Source of the DNA: Elusimicrobiota bacterium
GTDB lineage: Bacteria; CG03; SLGR01; JAGXOG01
Length of the DNA stretch: 52,164 nucleotides
Direction of reading: 5' to 3'
Assembly: GCA_051745145.1 (NCBI GenBank)
Contig: JBNJDT010000010.1
Coordinates: forward strand, 1-52,164
The translations under genes were made by a program, and so were the position numbers. The notes below the pieces were generated by a model. The model saw only the letters and a program-made list of their open reading frames with translations, was not told the DNA's origin and made no database searches. Of this stretch, positions 37,101 to 46,212 are shown piece by piece (within the stretch, counting starts at the first letter, position 1; every line of letters starts with the position of its first letter).

Positions 37101-38499
37101 CCGAGCACTGATCGCTAAAGTTAGGCGGGTTTTTGCCATTCAGGGCATGGCCTGCGATATCTTCCATTTCCACATTCAATACTTCATAGGCGGATTCTTC
37201 TAAAAACGACCCCGTACCTGCCGCGCAGGCCTCGTTCATAGCATAATCGGTGGGGACACCGTTGACCAAATAGGTATATTTGGCATCCTGCCCGCCAATT
37301 TCAAAAATTGTATTTACTTCTTCATCGAAATGCACGGATGCTTTAGCGTGAGCTATTATTTCATTAATTACCGAATCCGTCAGGGCATGCAGGCCTACTA
37401 TATGGCGGCCCGAACCTGTAACTCCAAGACCCGTTATTTGTATATTTTTATTTTTCACCTGATCTTCTAATTGAGAATAGCATTTGCGAGCGGCCCCTAC
37501 CGGATCGCCCTCGGTTCTTAAATAAATAGAGGCTACAAGGGAGTCGTCCTTCTCTTTAATAAGTACGGCCTTAGTGGTAGTGGACCCCACATCAACTCCA
37601 AGAATACATTCATCATTTTTAGCAATTGAGGAGCGTTCAATAGAATGGAATTTGACTTTATCTTTATAATTTACCAGGGGTTCCATAAAGTTAAATGAAC
37701 TGCTGTTTTGAACAAAGAGATTTGAGCTTCGATAATCCCTGCCGTTTTTTAATCCCCAAAGCGCGGCTCCGAGAGCCTCAAAATATACAGCTTCTTCGGG
37801 GACCTGAAGTTCTCTCACTCTCTTGCGAAGATCTTTTAACATAATCTTATTTTTCGCAGTCCCCCCAACTAAAAATACCCGGCTGGCACCGCATTTACTT
37901 AACTGTTCACCTATCCGGTTAACCATCATTTTACTCAAACCGGCTACAATTCTACCCTTGTCTTCGCCCTTGTTAAGGGCGTGGGTGCAGTCGCTCTTAC
38001 AGAAAACCGAACACCGTCCGGAAACTTCATACGGGTCGTCAAGTCTGGCAATTTTCTTTGTCTCTTCGGGAGTTACTCCCATACGCTTTAATTGCTGAAA
38101 ATAAAATTCTCCGGTTCCGGAAGCACATTTATTACCGGTGTATACATTGGAAATATTCCCCAGTTTATTTAATTCATAAACCATGAAAGTTTCGCCCCCG
38201 CCGGAAATTATGGCTTCTATATTACTGTTGTCCCCGGAGACAAATTTATAGGCAAGTTCTGTAGCTTTGGGCTCTGAAATTGTGGGGAGATCAACAAGAT
38301 CTTTAAATTTACGTCCCGTGACCCCATAGCGGTGACAGTCGTCGAACGTCTTTTTATTAAGAATATTTTTTAAAGTTTCTTTAACCTGACCTTCATGGGA
38401 ACGGACAATAGCTTCTTCTACAGCAGGCCTTCCGTCTTTATTTTTAAGTTTAACTACCTTTACGGTGGAAGTTCCCATGCAGATTCCTACTGAATACAT
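34168..38499 (-). CDS. Multidomain acyl-CoA dehydratase activase (two BadF/BadG/BcrA/BcrD ATPase domains, DUF2229 and dehydratase-like C-terminus)
   Basis: KCASGTG; GVDVGSTTTK; EIGGQDAK; MNEACAAGTGSF; NFSCGPDS; GPCRFGQY; GPFGCMP. Confidence 0.88.
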   Translation of the reverse strand: MYSVGICMGTSTVKVVKLKNKDGRPAVEEAIVRSHEGQVKETLKNILNKKTFDDCHRYGVTGRKFKDLVDLPTISEPKATELAYKFVSGDNSNIEAIISGGGETFMVYELNKLGNISNVYTGNKCASGTGEFYFQQLKRMGVTPEETKKIARLDDPYEVSGRCSVFCKSDCTHALNKGEDKGRIVAGLSKMMVNRIGEQLSKCGASRVFLVGGTAKNKIMLKDLRKRVRELQVPEEAVYFEALGAALWGLKNGRDYRSSNLFVQNSSSFNFMEPLVNYKDKVKFHSIERSSIAKNDECILGVDVGSTTTKAVLIKEKDDSLVASIYLRTEGDPVGAARKCYSQLEDQVKNKNIQITGLGVTGSGRHIVGLHALTDSVINEIIAHAKASVHFDEEVNTIFEIGGQDAKYTYLVNGVPTDYAMNEACAAGTGSFLEESAYEVLNVEMEDIAGHALNGKNPPNFSDQCSAFISSDIKTAIQEGISVDDICAGLVYSICRNYTNRVKENRPVGDKVFMQGGVCYNKAVPMAMAALTGKDIIVPPEPGLMGAFGVALAVKENIKLGLTEKSTFELHRLADREVTYHEPFICRGGIEKCDRKCEINVLEIDGKKYPFGGICDKYYNRGNEQEIDVRNLDMVRKREKLVFEDYFYQPQKPGPDSKKIGINRSLSVNTLLPLFSRFFGELGHQIVLPDKSAEEGKQRQASSFCHPVEISHGYMYDLLNNHSTDYIFLPQIKGLPVKGYENRAVLCPLSQGEPYYLQAIWPKLKNDNVFTPVLNFQDGYSAAKEEFVQIGKELGHKRSTVIQAYNKAVKHQQNFRQICRDTGREILDDLEKDPRRKAIVIFGRSYNALTSVANMGIPHKFASRGELVIPFDMLPIEEKEPDDGMYWALGQQIIRGAKYVSEHPQLYATYITNFSCGPDSFLLGYFRRINGRKPTLTLELDSHTADAGIDTRIEAFLDVVASYRKLNKDSFKEKDDSNYQPARINLDGEEIAVVDSSGKKHLLTDDSVKVLVPSMGKKITRASVAALNYYGISAKACKPPAQPELKAGQSTCTGKECLPLQLTMGSLINYYENKKKDGQILVYFMPRSSGPCRFGQYNIFMNNFIRDNNLEDVAVLTLSDDNNYGDMGHRFTLRAWQSLITGDVLSDIYNTIRVLAVDKEKAKATYEKSSDRIFKALSQSSWFKIKKILRKEAKRLSKIELSRPVAEVPKVSLVGEIYVRQDEFSRNYMVKKLADRGIMTRVTPMHEWLYYVDYLALHGEEFSDYSLTEKLKHKLISKVKKHFEKTIKNILGKSGLYNGHLIDIQKVIDATDGLFSPELTGEAILTIGTALTDIVDSVDGAIAIGPFGCMPNRLSEAILSESIKTQKKNIESENHPVHNLIDDLSMLPFLAIETDGNVLSQEVEARLEAFCLQVKRICNYQNTDDNQNLNAGKKLEELIQINS

Positions 38500-38698
38500 A
38501 GCATAATCTCCAAAAAATTATTAAAATATTTTTTACTATTCATAGAAGTTTACCAATTATAATTCTATTATTTTTACAATTATTAAATCTACCAATTACA
38601 AAATTAAAAATCAAGTTTACATAAGAGGGGATTAAGGTTGTCTTTTTTTAGAGCTCGGCAATTTTTTTGGTTTTAAAAATTCAGAATTAACTTTTGTC

Positions 38699-40567
38699 TC
38701 AAGATCGGTCTTTTTTAATTTCTTTGTTGGGAATGGTTAAAATAATTTCCGTGCCCTCGCCTACCTGAGAATCTATTTCTATTTTTCCGTTGTGACGTTC
38801 TGTTATATTTTTAGCTGAAGACATGCCCAGACCGGTTCCCCCTTCTTTAGTACTGAAAAAAGCATCGAAGATCTTATCTAATTTTTCTTCCGGGATACCG
38901 CAGCCGTTATCTTTTATCCGTATTTGAAGTTTGTCGCCGGGTAAGCGCTCGGAAATTACTTTTACCAGTCCTTTTTTATTTTCCCGGCAGGCCTGGACAG
39001 CATTATTAATTAAATTGACTAAAACCTGGCGTACTTCCCCGCGGTCTAAATTATGGGTCCCCAATCCTTCTTTAAGATCAGTTTCTATTTTTACATTTTC
39101 CGGGGGCTCTATAATGGAAATAACTTCTAAAATAAGTTCATTTACATCTACAGCCGAAAGTGCCGGTGGGCGCTGGCGGGAGTAGCCAAGCAGATCTTCT
39201 ATTATTTTAGAAATGTGATCGATTTCGCGCTCGATTATTTCTACAATATTTACGAATCTTTCTTTGCCCTCTATAACAGACTTCATATAATAGGCGGAAT
39301 TTTTAATAGCTGACAGAGGATTTCTTATGTCATGTCCTATAACGTTGGCCATTTCGCCGACGGCGGCAAGCCGTTCTTTTTCCATCAATTCTTCTCTTAC
39401 TTCTTTTAAATTTTTCACCATTTCTTTTAGCTTATAACGCATTGACTCGCCGGAGCGGGCCAGAATACCTATCTCATCTGACCTGTCGCAGTACTTGTCA
39501 GGGATCTTTTTATCAAAGTTACCTTCGCCGATTTCGGCCATCTGTTTTACCACTGCAAAAATGGGTTTGGTCAGGGTGTTTGAAATTAGTATGGAAAGGC
39601 CCGCGAAAAATATAGATATAATCGCGAAAATCCATAAAGTGTGGTTTGCAGTCTGGCGGGCACTTGCGCTTAATTCCGACTGTTCAACCAACCCTATAAA
39701 ATACCAGCCGGTAAAATCCGATTTTTTTAAAAAAGCCGAGTAGGGAGTTTCGTCAATAGTTATATCAAAAATTTCTTTTCCCGAATCAATAGAATTTGCC
39801 AGGGAGGAATTAAATTCCTTAATAGGCCTGAAGTTGTAGTCCGGATTTTTAGAGTGAGCTACCACAGTTCCGTCTTCTTCGGCGATTATTACAAACCCGG
39901 TTTCTCCGGGTTCGGCTTCTTGTATCATTGAGGAGAGAAAATCAAGAGACCTGCAGATACCCTGAACCCCTATAATCTCTCCATCCTTATCCTGTATAGT
40001 TTTAACCGTACTCACTATGACTATATCGTCTACTTCAAATGCATATGGCTCGGTGCGAACCGTCTTCCCGGGATTGGCCATGGCTTTTTTGTACCAGGGT
40101 CTTATTCGGGGATCGTATTTTTCGTTAGTGGGTCCTTCCGGCCATTGGACATAACTGCCGTCTTCTTCTAATCCCATATATACATATCTGGAATCCGGAT
40201 GGGTATCGGCAAAACGTTTGTATATAGAATATAACTGTAATTCTTTACCCTCAGCATGGGAAGGTCTCATAATAAATGAACCTTTATCAGATTCCCTGTC
40301 CGTGTAGGATGTAATGGTAGTATCGGCCTGCTTTACTGCCGGGCGGGAAGCAAGATAAGCTACGTCATTTTCCACTTCTTTAAGATGAGATGTGACCTTA
40401 CTCTCTATATGGTCCATCTGTCCCATAGTAAATCGCTCAAAATCATGGTAGGATCTTTTCATTGTGCTCCTTATATTTATAAGAGTGAAAACGAAAAGCG
40501 GAACTATTATGGCAAGAGCAAATCCCAGTAAAAGTTTGTATTTATATGAAAACGAAAATTTTTTCAT
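38699..40567 (-). CDS. Sensor histidine kinase (dCache + HAMP + HisKA + HATPase)
   Basis: YDPRIRPWY Cache motif; RSDEIG HAMP; GHDIRNPL H-box; NLINNA, DNGCGI, GTGLG. Confidence 0.93.
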   Translation of the reverse strand: MKKFSFSYKYKLLLGFALAIIVPLFVFTLINIRSTMKRSYHDFERFTMGQMDHIESKVTSHLKEVENDVAYLASRPAVKQADTTITSYTDRESDKGSFIMRPSHAEGKELQLYSIYKRFADTHPDSRYVYMGLEEDGSYVQWPEGPTNEKYDPRIRPWYKKAMANPGKTVRTEPYAFEVDDIVIVSTVKTIQDKDGEIIGVQGICRSLDFLSSMIQEAEPGETGFVIIAEEDGTVVAHSKNPDYNFRPIKEFNSSLANSIDSGKEIFDITIDETPYSAFLKKSDFTGWYFIGLVEQSELSASARQTANHTLWIFAIISIFFAGLSILISNTLTKPIFAVVKQMAEIGEGNFDKKIPDKYCDRSDEIGILARSGESMRYKLKEMVKNLKEVREELMEKERLAAVGEMANVIGHDIRNPLSAIKNSAYYMKSVIEGKERFVNIVEIIEREIDHISKIIEDLLGYSRQRPPALSAVDVNELILEVISIIEPPENVKIETDLKEGLGTHNLDRGEVRQVLVNLINNAVQACRENKKGLVKVISERLPGDKLQIRIKDNGCGIPEEKLDKIFDAFFSTKEGGTGLGMSSAKNITERHNGKIEIDSQVGEGTEIILTIPNKEIKKDRS

Positions 40568-40689
40568 GGTCTGTTTAAGTAATAGTTAATAATTTTTTTC
40601 ATAAATAGATTTTAATTAATAAGGAATAATATTTAGTATATTGAAACTTCCATATTTTTATACTTTGTTATTATACTTTATCTTAGATA

Positions 40690-42006
40690 TTATTCAAATA
40701 TTTCTTCTATTACCCCACCGTCGCTCTTTAGATGATCTTTATAATTAAGTCCGTAGAGAGCTAAAACAGTGGGGGCTATATCCACATTTTCCGAAGATCG
40801 TATAATAATATCCTCTCCAATTTTCACCCCGGAAAAGATAAGGGGTACTGTCATATCCCGGGCCGAGGTGGAACCGTGTTGACCTTTAAAAGGGAAATTA
40901 AGGGTGTAATTGGGCTTAATATCAATAAAAAAATCTCCGGTCCGCCCGGGAAAATAATAGTCGAGCCGGGAAAGGGTGCCGTCCAGACCGTCAAGTTCGT
41001 GTTCTGAATATATACTTTTGATCCATTCAATATTTTTTAAAATATCAAATGCCTTTTGGGCCTGATTAGAATCATCCAGATAAAGCGAAAAAGCCCGCCC
41101 GCCCCTGCTTAGAGCTTTATGAGGAATTTTCTGTTCGGCTAATTGAGGTATATCCGGGGTGGATTCAGTGCCCATAAGTACGTTTTCAGGATTTTTTATA
41201 TGAGTAAATCCGTGGCTGGATGTTATTATCAGTACACTTTTTGCATAAATTTTTTTTCTTTTGAGGAATTGAATAAAATCACCTATTTGTTTATCAACCC
41301 GGTGAATGGCCATATCGTAATATTCGGATTTTACGCCGTGACGGTGAGCTATGTAATCAAGAGCGCCAAAATTTGATATTAAAAATTTAACGCCGTCTTC
41401 TTCAACAGCTTTTTTCATTCTTTCAAGGATTAATTCGTTAAGCAGTAATTTTCTGTCTACGGCCTCTTGCTGTGAACCATTAATTTTTAGTTTGTTTTTG
41501 TACTTCCAGATATAATCGGGAATATCGTTTTTTCCGCCGTATGTTACAGAAGCTCCCCGGCCCCCGACGAGTTCAAACCCTTTGGTGGTTATATAACCGG
41601 TTTTGATATCATGTTCTTCGAGAACTTCGAATATTGTGGGAACTAAAACGTTCTCCTGGGCAATTATCGGATTAGGCCGGTCGGTCTCAATAAGTTTCAT
41701 ATCTTCATCATAGTAAGAAGCTCCTACAATGCCGTGCCTGTGGGCATGGGCCCCGGTGGGGATGGTCACAAAATTTACTCTTGCCTGGGAGGGTACGCTG
41801 ACCCGGCTGCTGTAAGATATAGCGCCGTCGTTTGCCAGCCGGTCCATTGTTGGAGTTTCTACGGCCCGGAATCTGTCGGCCCGCATTCCTTCAACGGTAA
41901 TGACAAATACATATAAATCATCGGTGGCCCGCTTGCAGCCGGAAAAATTCAGTAAAAAAACAAACAGGAAAAAAATTATAAGCTGTTTTAAAATTTTATT
42001 TTTCAT
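40690..42006 (-). CDS. Alkaline phosphatase superfamily (nucleotide pyrophosphatase/phosphodiesterase-like) lipoprotein with divergent active site
   Basis: Lipobox FSGC; TVEGMRAD, TGAHAHRHGI, DYIAHRHG, GQHGS, VDIAPT. Confidence 0.82.
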   Translation of the reverse strand: MKNKILKQLIIFFLFVFLLNFSGCKRATDDLYVFVITVEGMRADRFRAVETPTMDRLANDGAISYSSRVSVPSQARVNFVTIPTGAHAHRHGIVGASYYDEDMKLIETDRPNPIIAQENVLVPTIFEVLEEHDIKTGYITTKGFELVGGRGASVTYGGKNDIPDYIWKYKNKLKINGSQQEAVDRKLLLNELILERMKKAVEEDGVKFLISNFGALDYIAHRHGVKSEYYDMAIHRVDKQIGDFIQFLKRKKIYAKSVLIITSSHGFTHIKNPENVLMGTESTPDIPQLAEQKIPHKALSRGGRAFSLYLDDSNQAQKAFDILKNIEWIKSIYSEHELDGLDGTLSRLDYYFPGRTGDFFIDIKPNYTLNFPFKGQHGSTSARDMTVPLIFSGVKIGEDIIIRSSENVDIAPTVLALYGLNYKDHLKSDGGVIEEIFE

Positions 42007-42110
42007 ATAATTTCCCCAATATTTTTAATTTATGTGCCGAGTAAAAATGTTCTAAATATATTTTACCAGAGCCCAATTATTAAAGTCAAATATACAGCTT
42101 GCCGAAAAGG

Positions 42111-43961
42111 TTATTCTACGGTGACGCTTTTAGCCAGGTTTCTGGGTTGATCTATGTCACAGCCCCGCTGGCGGGCTATATAGTAGGCAATAAGCTGCAT
42201 GGGTATGGTATTTAAAAGGGCGGTAAATTTCTCGTCAGTCCGGGGTAGATAAATAACTTCATCAGCCAGTTGTTTTACCTGTTTGTCTCCCACGGTGGCC
42301 AAGGCTATAACCGCCCCGTCCCTTGCTTTGACCTCTTCTATGTTAGAGAGAATCTTTTCCCGTACGTTACTCTCGGTGGCAATAACTACCACCGGCATAT
42401 CACTGTCAATTAAGGCAATGGGACCGTGTTTCATTTCCCCGGCGGGGTAACCTTCGGCGTGAATATAGGAAATTTCTTTAAGTTTTAAGGCCCCTTCAAG
42501 GGCAATAGGATAATTTATATTCCGGCCCAGGTAAAGAAAATCTTCCTTTTTAAAATATTTATGGGATAAATCTTTAATTTTTTCTTCCTGTGAATCTATG
42601 ATATTTTTTATTTTAAGGGGAAGTTTAGCGAGTATCTCGGAATATCTCTCCGCGCTTTCTAAATCTATAGTCCCCTGCAACCTGCCCAGATAGAGAGTAA
42701 GAAGATACAGGGCGGAAAGCTGGGAAGTAAATGCCTTTGTCGAAGCAACTCCGATTTCCGGTCCGGCATGGGTATATATTAAGCCATCAACTTCTCTGGT
42801 TATGGAAGAGCCCAGTACGTTACATATAGCTGCAGTTTTGGCTCCCTGTTTTTTGGCCTCTCGTATGGCGGCAATAGTATCGGCCGTCTCACCGGACTGG
42901 GTAATGGCAATAACCAGCGTGTTTTCGTCAATGGGGGGGTTGCGGTATCTGAATTCAGAGGCTATATCCACCTCGCAGGGAATTTTTAAATGGTCTTCCA
43001 GTAAAAACTTGCCCACAAGGCAGGCGTGGTAGGCCGTTCCGCAGGCAACCATAAATATACGGTCCAGATTTTTAAGATACTTTTTTTCAAATTTAAAGTG
43101 TTCAAACGTTACGTTAGCTTTGCCCCGGACCAGTCTTCCCCTCAGGGTTTCCTGGACAGCCTGTTTCTGTTCATGTATTTCTTTGAGCATAAAATGACGG
43201 AATCCCTGTTTTTCGGCCATAACCGGATTCCAGTCGACGGTTTTAATTTTTTTATTCACTATGTTTTTGGCTGTATCAAATACTTTTACAGAATCGGGAT
43301 CTAAAACTGCTATATCCCCGTCCTCTAAATAAATTACTTTCCGGGTATAGGGGAGAATCGCGGGGACGTCGGAAGCTATAAATTTACTGTTTTTGTCCAG
43401 ACCGATAATCAGCGGGGAATCTTTTCTTGCGGCAATAATGCGATTTGGGTTGTCGGAATTTATAATTCCCACCGCGTAAGAGCCTTCCAGATCATTTAAA
43501 GTTTTTAAAACGGCATCTAAAAACGTCTCTTCTTTTTTTAAATATTCTTCAATAAGATGGGGGATGACTTCGGTGTCGGTTTCCGATTGAAATAGATGGC
43601 CTTTTTCCCGGAGATTGTCTTTAAGGGAAAGATAATTTTCTATGATTCCATTGTGTACCACGACAGTATTGTTTTTACAATCAATATGGGGATGTGCATT
43701 TTCATCGGACGGCTGTCCGTGAGTTGCCCACCGGGTGTGTCCTAAAGCGGTTGTGCCGGCGACAGGATCATCTTTTAAAATCCTTTTAAGATTCGCTATT
43801 TTTCCCTCACACCGTTTTCTCTGTATTTTATATTCTCCGCCGTCTTTTTGAAGAACCGCAATACCGGCCGAATCATATCCCCGGTACTCTAACCTGCTCA
43901 GTCCCTCTAATAAAATGGGGGAGGCGTCTTCATTGCCTGTATATCCTACAATTCCGCACAT
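42111..43961 (-). CDS. glmS: Glutamine--fructose-6-phosphate transaminase
   Basis: MCGIVG, LEYRGYDSAG, GHTRWATHG, QSGETADT, PRNLAKSVTVE. Confidence 0.98.
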   Translation of the reverse strand: MCGIVGYTGNEDASPILLEGLSRLEYRGYDSAGIAVLQKDGGEYKIQRKRCEGKIANLKRILKDDPVAGTTALGHTRWATHGQPSDENAHPHIDCKNNTVVVHNGIIENYLSLKDNLREKGHLFQSETDTEVIPHLIEEYLKKEETFLDAVLKTLNDLEGSYAVGIINSDNPNRIIAARKDSPLIIGLDKNSKFIASDVPAILPYTRKVIYLEDGDIAVLDPDSVKVFDTAKNIVNKKIKTVDWNPVMAEKQGFRHFMLKEIHEQKQAVQETLRGRLVRGKANVTFEHFKFEKKYLKNLDRIFMVACGTAYHACLVGKFLLEDHLKIPCEVDIASEFRYRNPPIDENTLVIAITQSGETADTIAAIREAKKQGAKTAAICNVLGSSITREVDGLIYTHAGPEIGVASTKAFTSQLSALYLLTLYLGRLQGTIDLESAERYSEILAKLPLKIKNIIDSQEEKIKDLSHKYFKKEDFLYLGRNINYPIALEGALKLKEISYIHAEGYPAGEMKHGPIALIDSDMPVVVIATESNVREKILSNIEEVKARDGAVIALATVGDKQVKQLADEVIYLPRTDEKFTALLNTIPMQLIAYYIARQRGCDIDQPRNLAKSVTVE

Positions 43962-43962
43962 A

Positions 43963-45312
43963 TTAAGTTAGGTGTTCTCCCGCTACTTCTATAATCTCAT
44001 CTACCGCTTTTACTGTTTTTTCCCGGGTAGGGCCCTCGGCCATTACTCTTAAAAGAGGCTGCGTACCGGAGTACCTTACCACCACTCTACCCTGATTACC
44101 CAGATCTTTTTCTATTTTATCTATAGTATCTTGTATCCGGGGAATTTTTTCTATCTTCGGTTTTTCTTTGACTTTTAAATTTTTGAGAACTTGAGGATAA
44201 GTTTTCATAACAGAAGCCAGACGGGAAAGAGGTTTTTGAGTATTTTTCATTACCGATATGGTCTGCAGGGCGGTTATTATACCGTCTCCGGTAGTGTGGT
44301 GATCCAGGAAAATTAAATGTCCGGAATCTTCTCCTCCCAGGACAGCATTATTATCAACCATTTTTTCTAAAACAAATCTATCCCCTACGGGCGCCTGAAT
44401 CCTGTCAATATTTAACTTGTCCAGGGTCTTCTGCAGACCTATATTACTCATTATGGTGGCCACTACCTTGTTATTTTTTAATTTATTTTGACTTTTGAGA
44501 TAACTGGCATTTATAGCCAGAAGTTTGTCCCCGGTAATAATATTGCCTTTTTCGTCTACAGCGATGAGCCTGTCGCCGTCGCCGTCGAAAGCAAATCCTA
44601 TATCCGCTTCCTCTTCAATAACTTTTTTAGATAAAATTTCAGGATGCAGTGAACCGGAATTTTTATTTATATTTATTCCGTTGGGATTGGCGTTTATAGC
44701 TGAAACATCCGCCCGCATTTCTTTAAAAAGAGTAGGAGCAACTTTATAGGTGGCTCCGTTGGCACAATCCAGGACAACTTTCATACCTTCCAAATTTAAT
44801 TTTTTAGGCAAGGTATGGCGCAAAAAGACAATATACCGTCCCAGGGCGTCATCCTCTCTTTGGGCCCGTCCGATATCGGTGGAAGGAGGTAATAATTCTT
44901 CAAGTTTCCCTGAAAAAATAAGATCTTCTATCTTCTCTTCCTGTTTGGAATTTAGTTTAAAGCCGGAATTGGAAAAAATTTTTAGGCCGTTGTCCGTGTA
45001 GGGATTGTGAGAGGCTGATATTACTACTCCGGCATCGGCGTCCATGTTTGAGGTGATAAAAGCTATTCCCGGGGTGGGCATGGGGCCTACAAGGACAACG
45101 TCGCCCCCCATAGAACATATCCCGGTGGCCAGAGCGCTTTCCAGCATGTATCCTGAAAGCCGGGTGTCTTTTCCCACGATTATTCGGGGCTGATGGTTAT
45201 CTTTTTTTAAAGTATAAGCCAGGGCCTGCCCGATTTTTAAAGCCATTTTTGAAGTCATCGGCGGTTTATTAGCTACACCGCGGATGCCGTCCGTCCCGAA
45301 AAGTTTACCCAT
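43963..45312 (-). CDS. glmM: Phosphoglucosamine mutase
   Basis: FGTDGIRG, GKDTRLSG, ISASHNP, DGDGDR, RYSGTQP. Confidence 0.97.
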   Translation of the reverse strand: MGKLFGTDGIRGVANKPPMTSKMALKIGQALAYTLKKDNHQPRIIVGKDTRLSGYMLESALATGICSMGGDVVLVGPMPTPGIAFITSNMDADAGVVISASHNPYTDNGLKIFSNSGFKLNSKQEEKIEDLIFSGKLEELLPPSTDIGRAQREDDALGRYIVFLRHTLPKKLNLEGMKVVLDCANGATYKVAPTLFKEMRADVSAINANPNGININKNSGSLHPEILSKKVIEEEADIGFAFDGDGDRLIAVDEKGNIITGDKLLAINASYLKSQNKLKNNKVVATIMSNIGLQKTLDKLNIDRIQAPVGDRFVLEKMVDNNAVLGGEDSGHLIFLDHHTTGDGIITALQTISVMKNTQKPLSRLASVMKTYPQVLKNLKVKEKPKIEKIPRIQDTIDKIEKDLGNQGRVVVRYSGTQPLLRVMAEGPTREKTVKAVDEIIEVAGEHLT

Positions 45313-46042
45313 TTTTTAATTCCCTCTCTTTTAAATTCTGTTTTAACTTTACAATTGTTCCTTTTTCAAAATAGCCCCGGGCCGTTGTATTGGGATAAAG
45401 CATGACATTTTTTGATAATATTGTACCCGGGGAAGTTACGGAATTACAGCCAGTTTGAACATTATCTCCAAGGATAGCTCCAAACTTTCTGAGTCCGGTA
45501 TCGTAACTTTTACCATCTACATTAACTTTTATGTTGGAACCGGTTATCTTTAAATTAGCCAGTTTTGTCCCCGCTCCCAGGTTTACAGCCCCCAGTATAC
45601 TGTCGCCGATATAGGCAAAGTGCCCGGCTTTGCTTTCCTGGAGCATTACGGAATTTTTTATTTCGGTAGCGTGTCCTATTACGCAGGATTTTCCGGTTAT
45701 TACGTTACCTCTGACATAAGCCCCCTGCCGTATCTGAGTTTTTTCTCCTATGATAGCAGGTCCTTTAATATAGGCCCCGGGTTCTACCGTAACGTAGGGA
45801 CCCAGCTGGATATTATCCCCCTGGATATAAGAACCGGCTTGAATACGAGCCCCGTTTTTAAGTTTTATGGATTTTGTAATTACCTCTCCGTTTCTTTTAA
45901 CTTTTTCTATATTAGGATGTAAATATTTTTCCAGGTAGGACTCAATGTTACTCAAGCCCTCCCAGACGTATTCTGTATTTTTAAAAATATTTTTGTAAAC
46001 GGAATTATCAGTATTAAAAAAATTTTGTGAATTTAATTTCAT
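45305..46042 (-). CDS. Hexapeptide-repeat acetyltransferase resembling the C-terminal half of archaeal-type GlmU
   Basis: GAYIKGP, IRQGAYVRG, EIKNS, HFAYIGDSILG, NLGAGT, TGLRKFGA; no nucleotidyltransferase domain; start could be 46060. Confidence 0.8.
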   Translation of the reverse strand: MKLNSQNFFNTDNSVYKNIFKNTEYVWEGLSNIESYLEKYLHPNIEKVKRNGEVITKSIKLKNGARIQAGSYIQGDNIQLGPYVTVEPGAYIKGPAIIGEKTQIRQGAYVRGNVITGKSCVIGHATEIKNSVMLQESKAGHFAYIGDSILGAVNLGAGTKLANLKITGSNIKVNVDGKSYDTGLRKFGAILGDNVQTGCNSVTSPGTILSKNVMLYPNTTARGYFEKGTIVKLKQNLKERELKNG

Positions 46043-46212
46043 AATATATAAAAATAGCATAGAGCTTAAAAAAAATCAACCTGAAGGACTTAAATTTCAC
46101 TTTTTTACTGTAATATGATATCCTATAAATCAAGTTAATTATAAGTTTTATGTTACTTGAAATAGTCTATATTAAACAGACTAAAAAAATATTATTTGCG
46201 AAAATTAAAAAA

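Noticed and set aside
43955..43970. glmS ribozyme
   Set aside because: glmS starts 1 bp after the glmM stop, so there is no leader.
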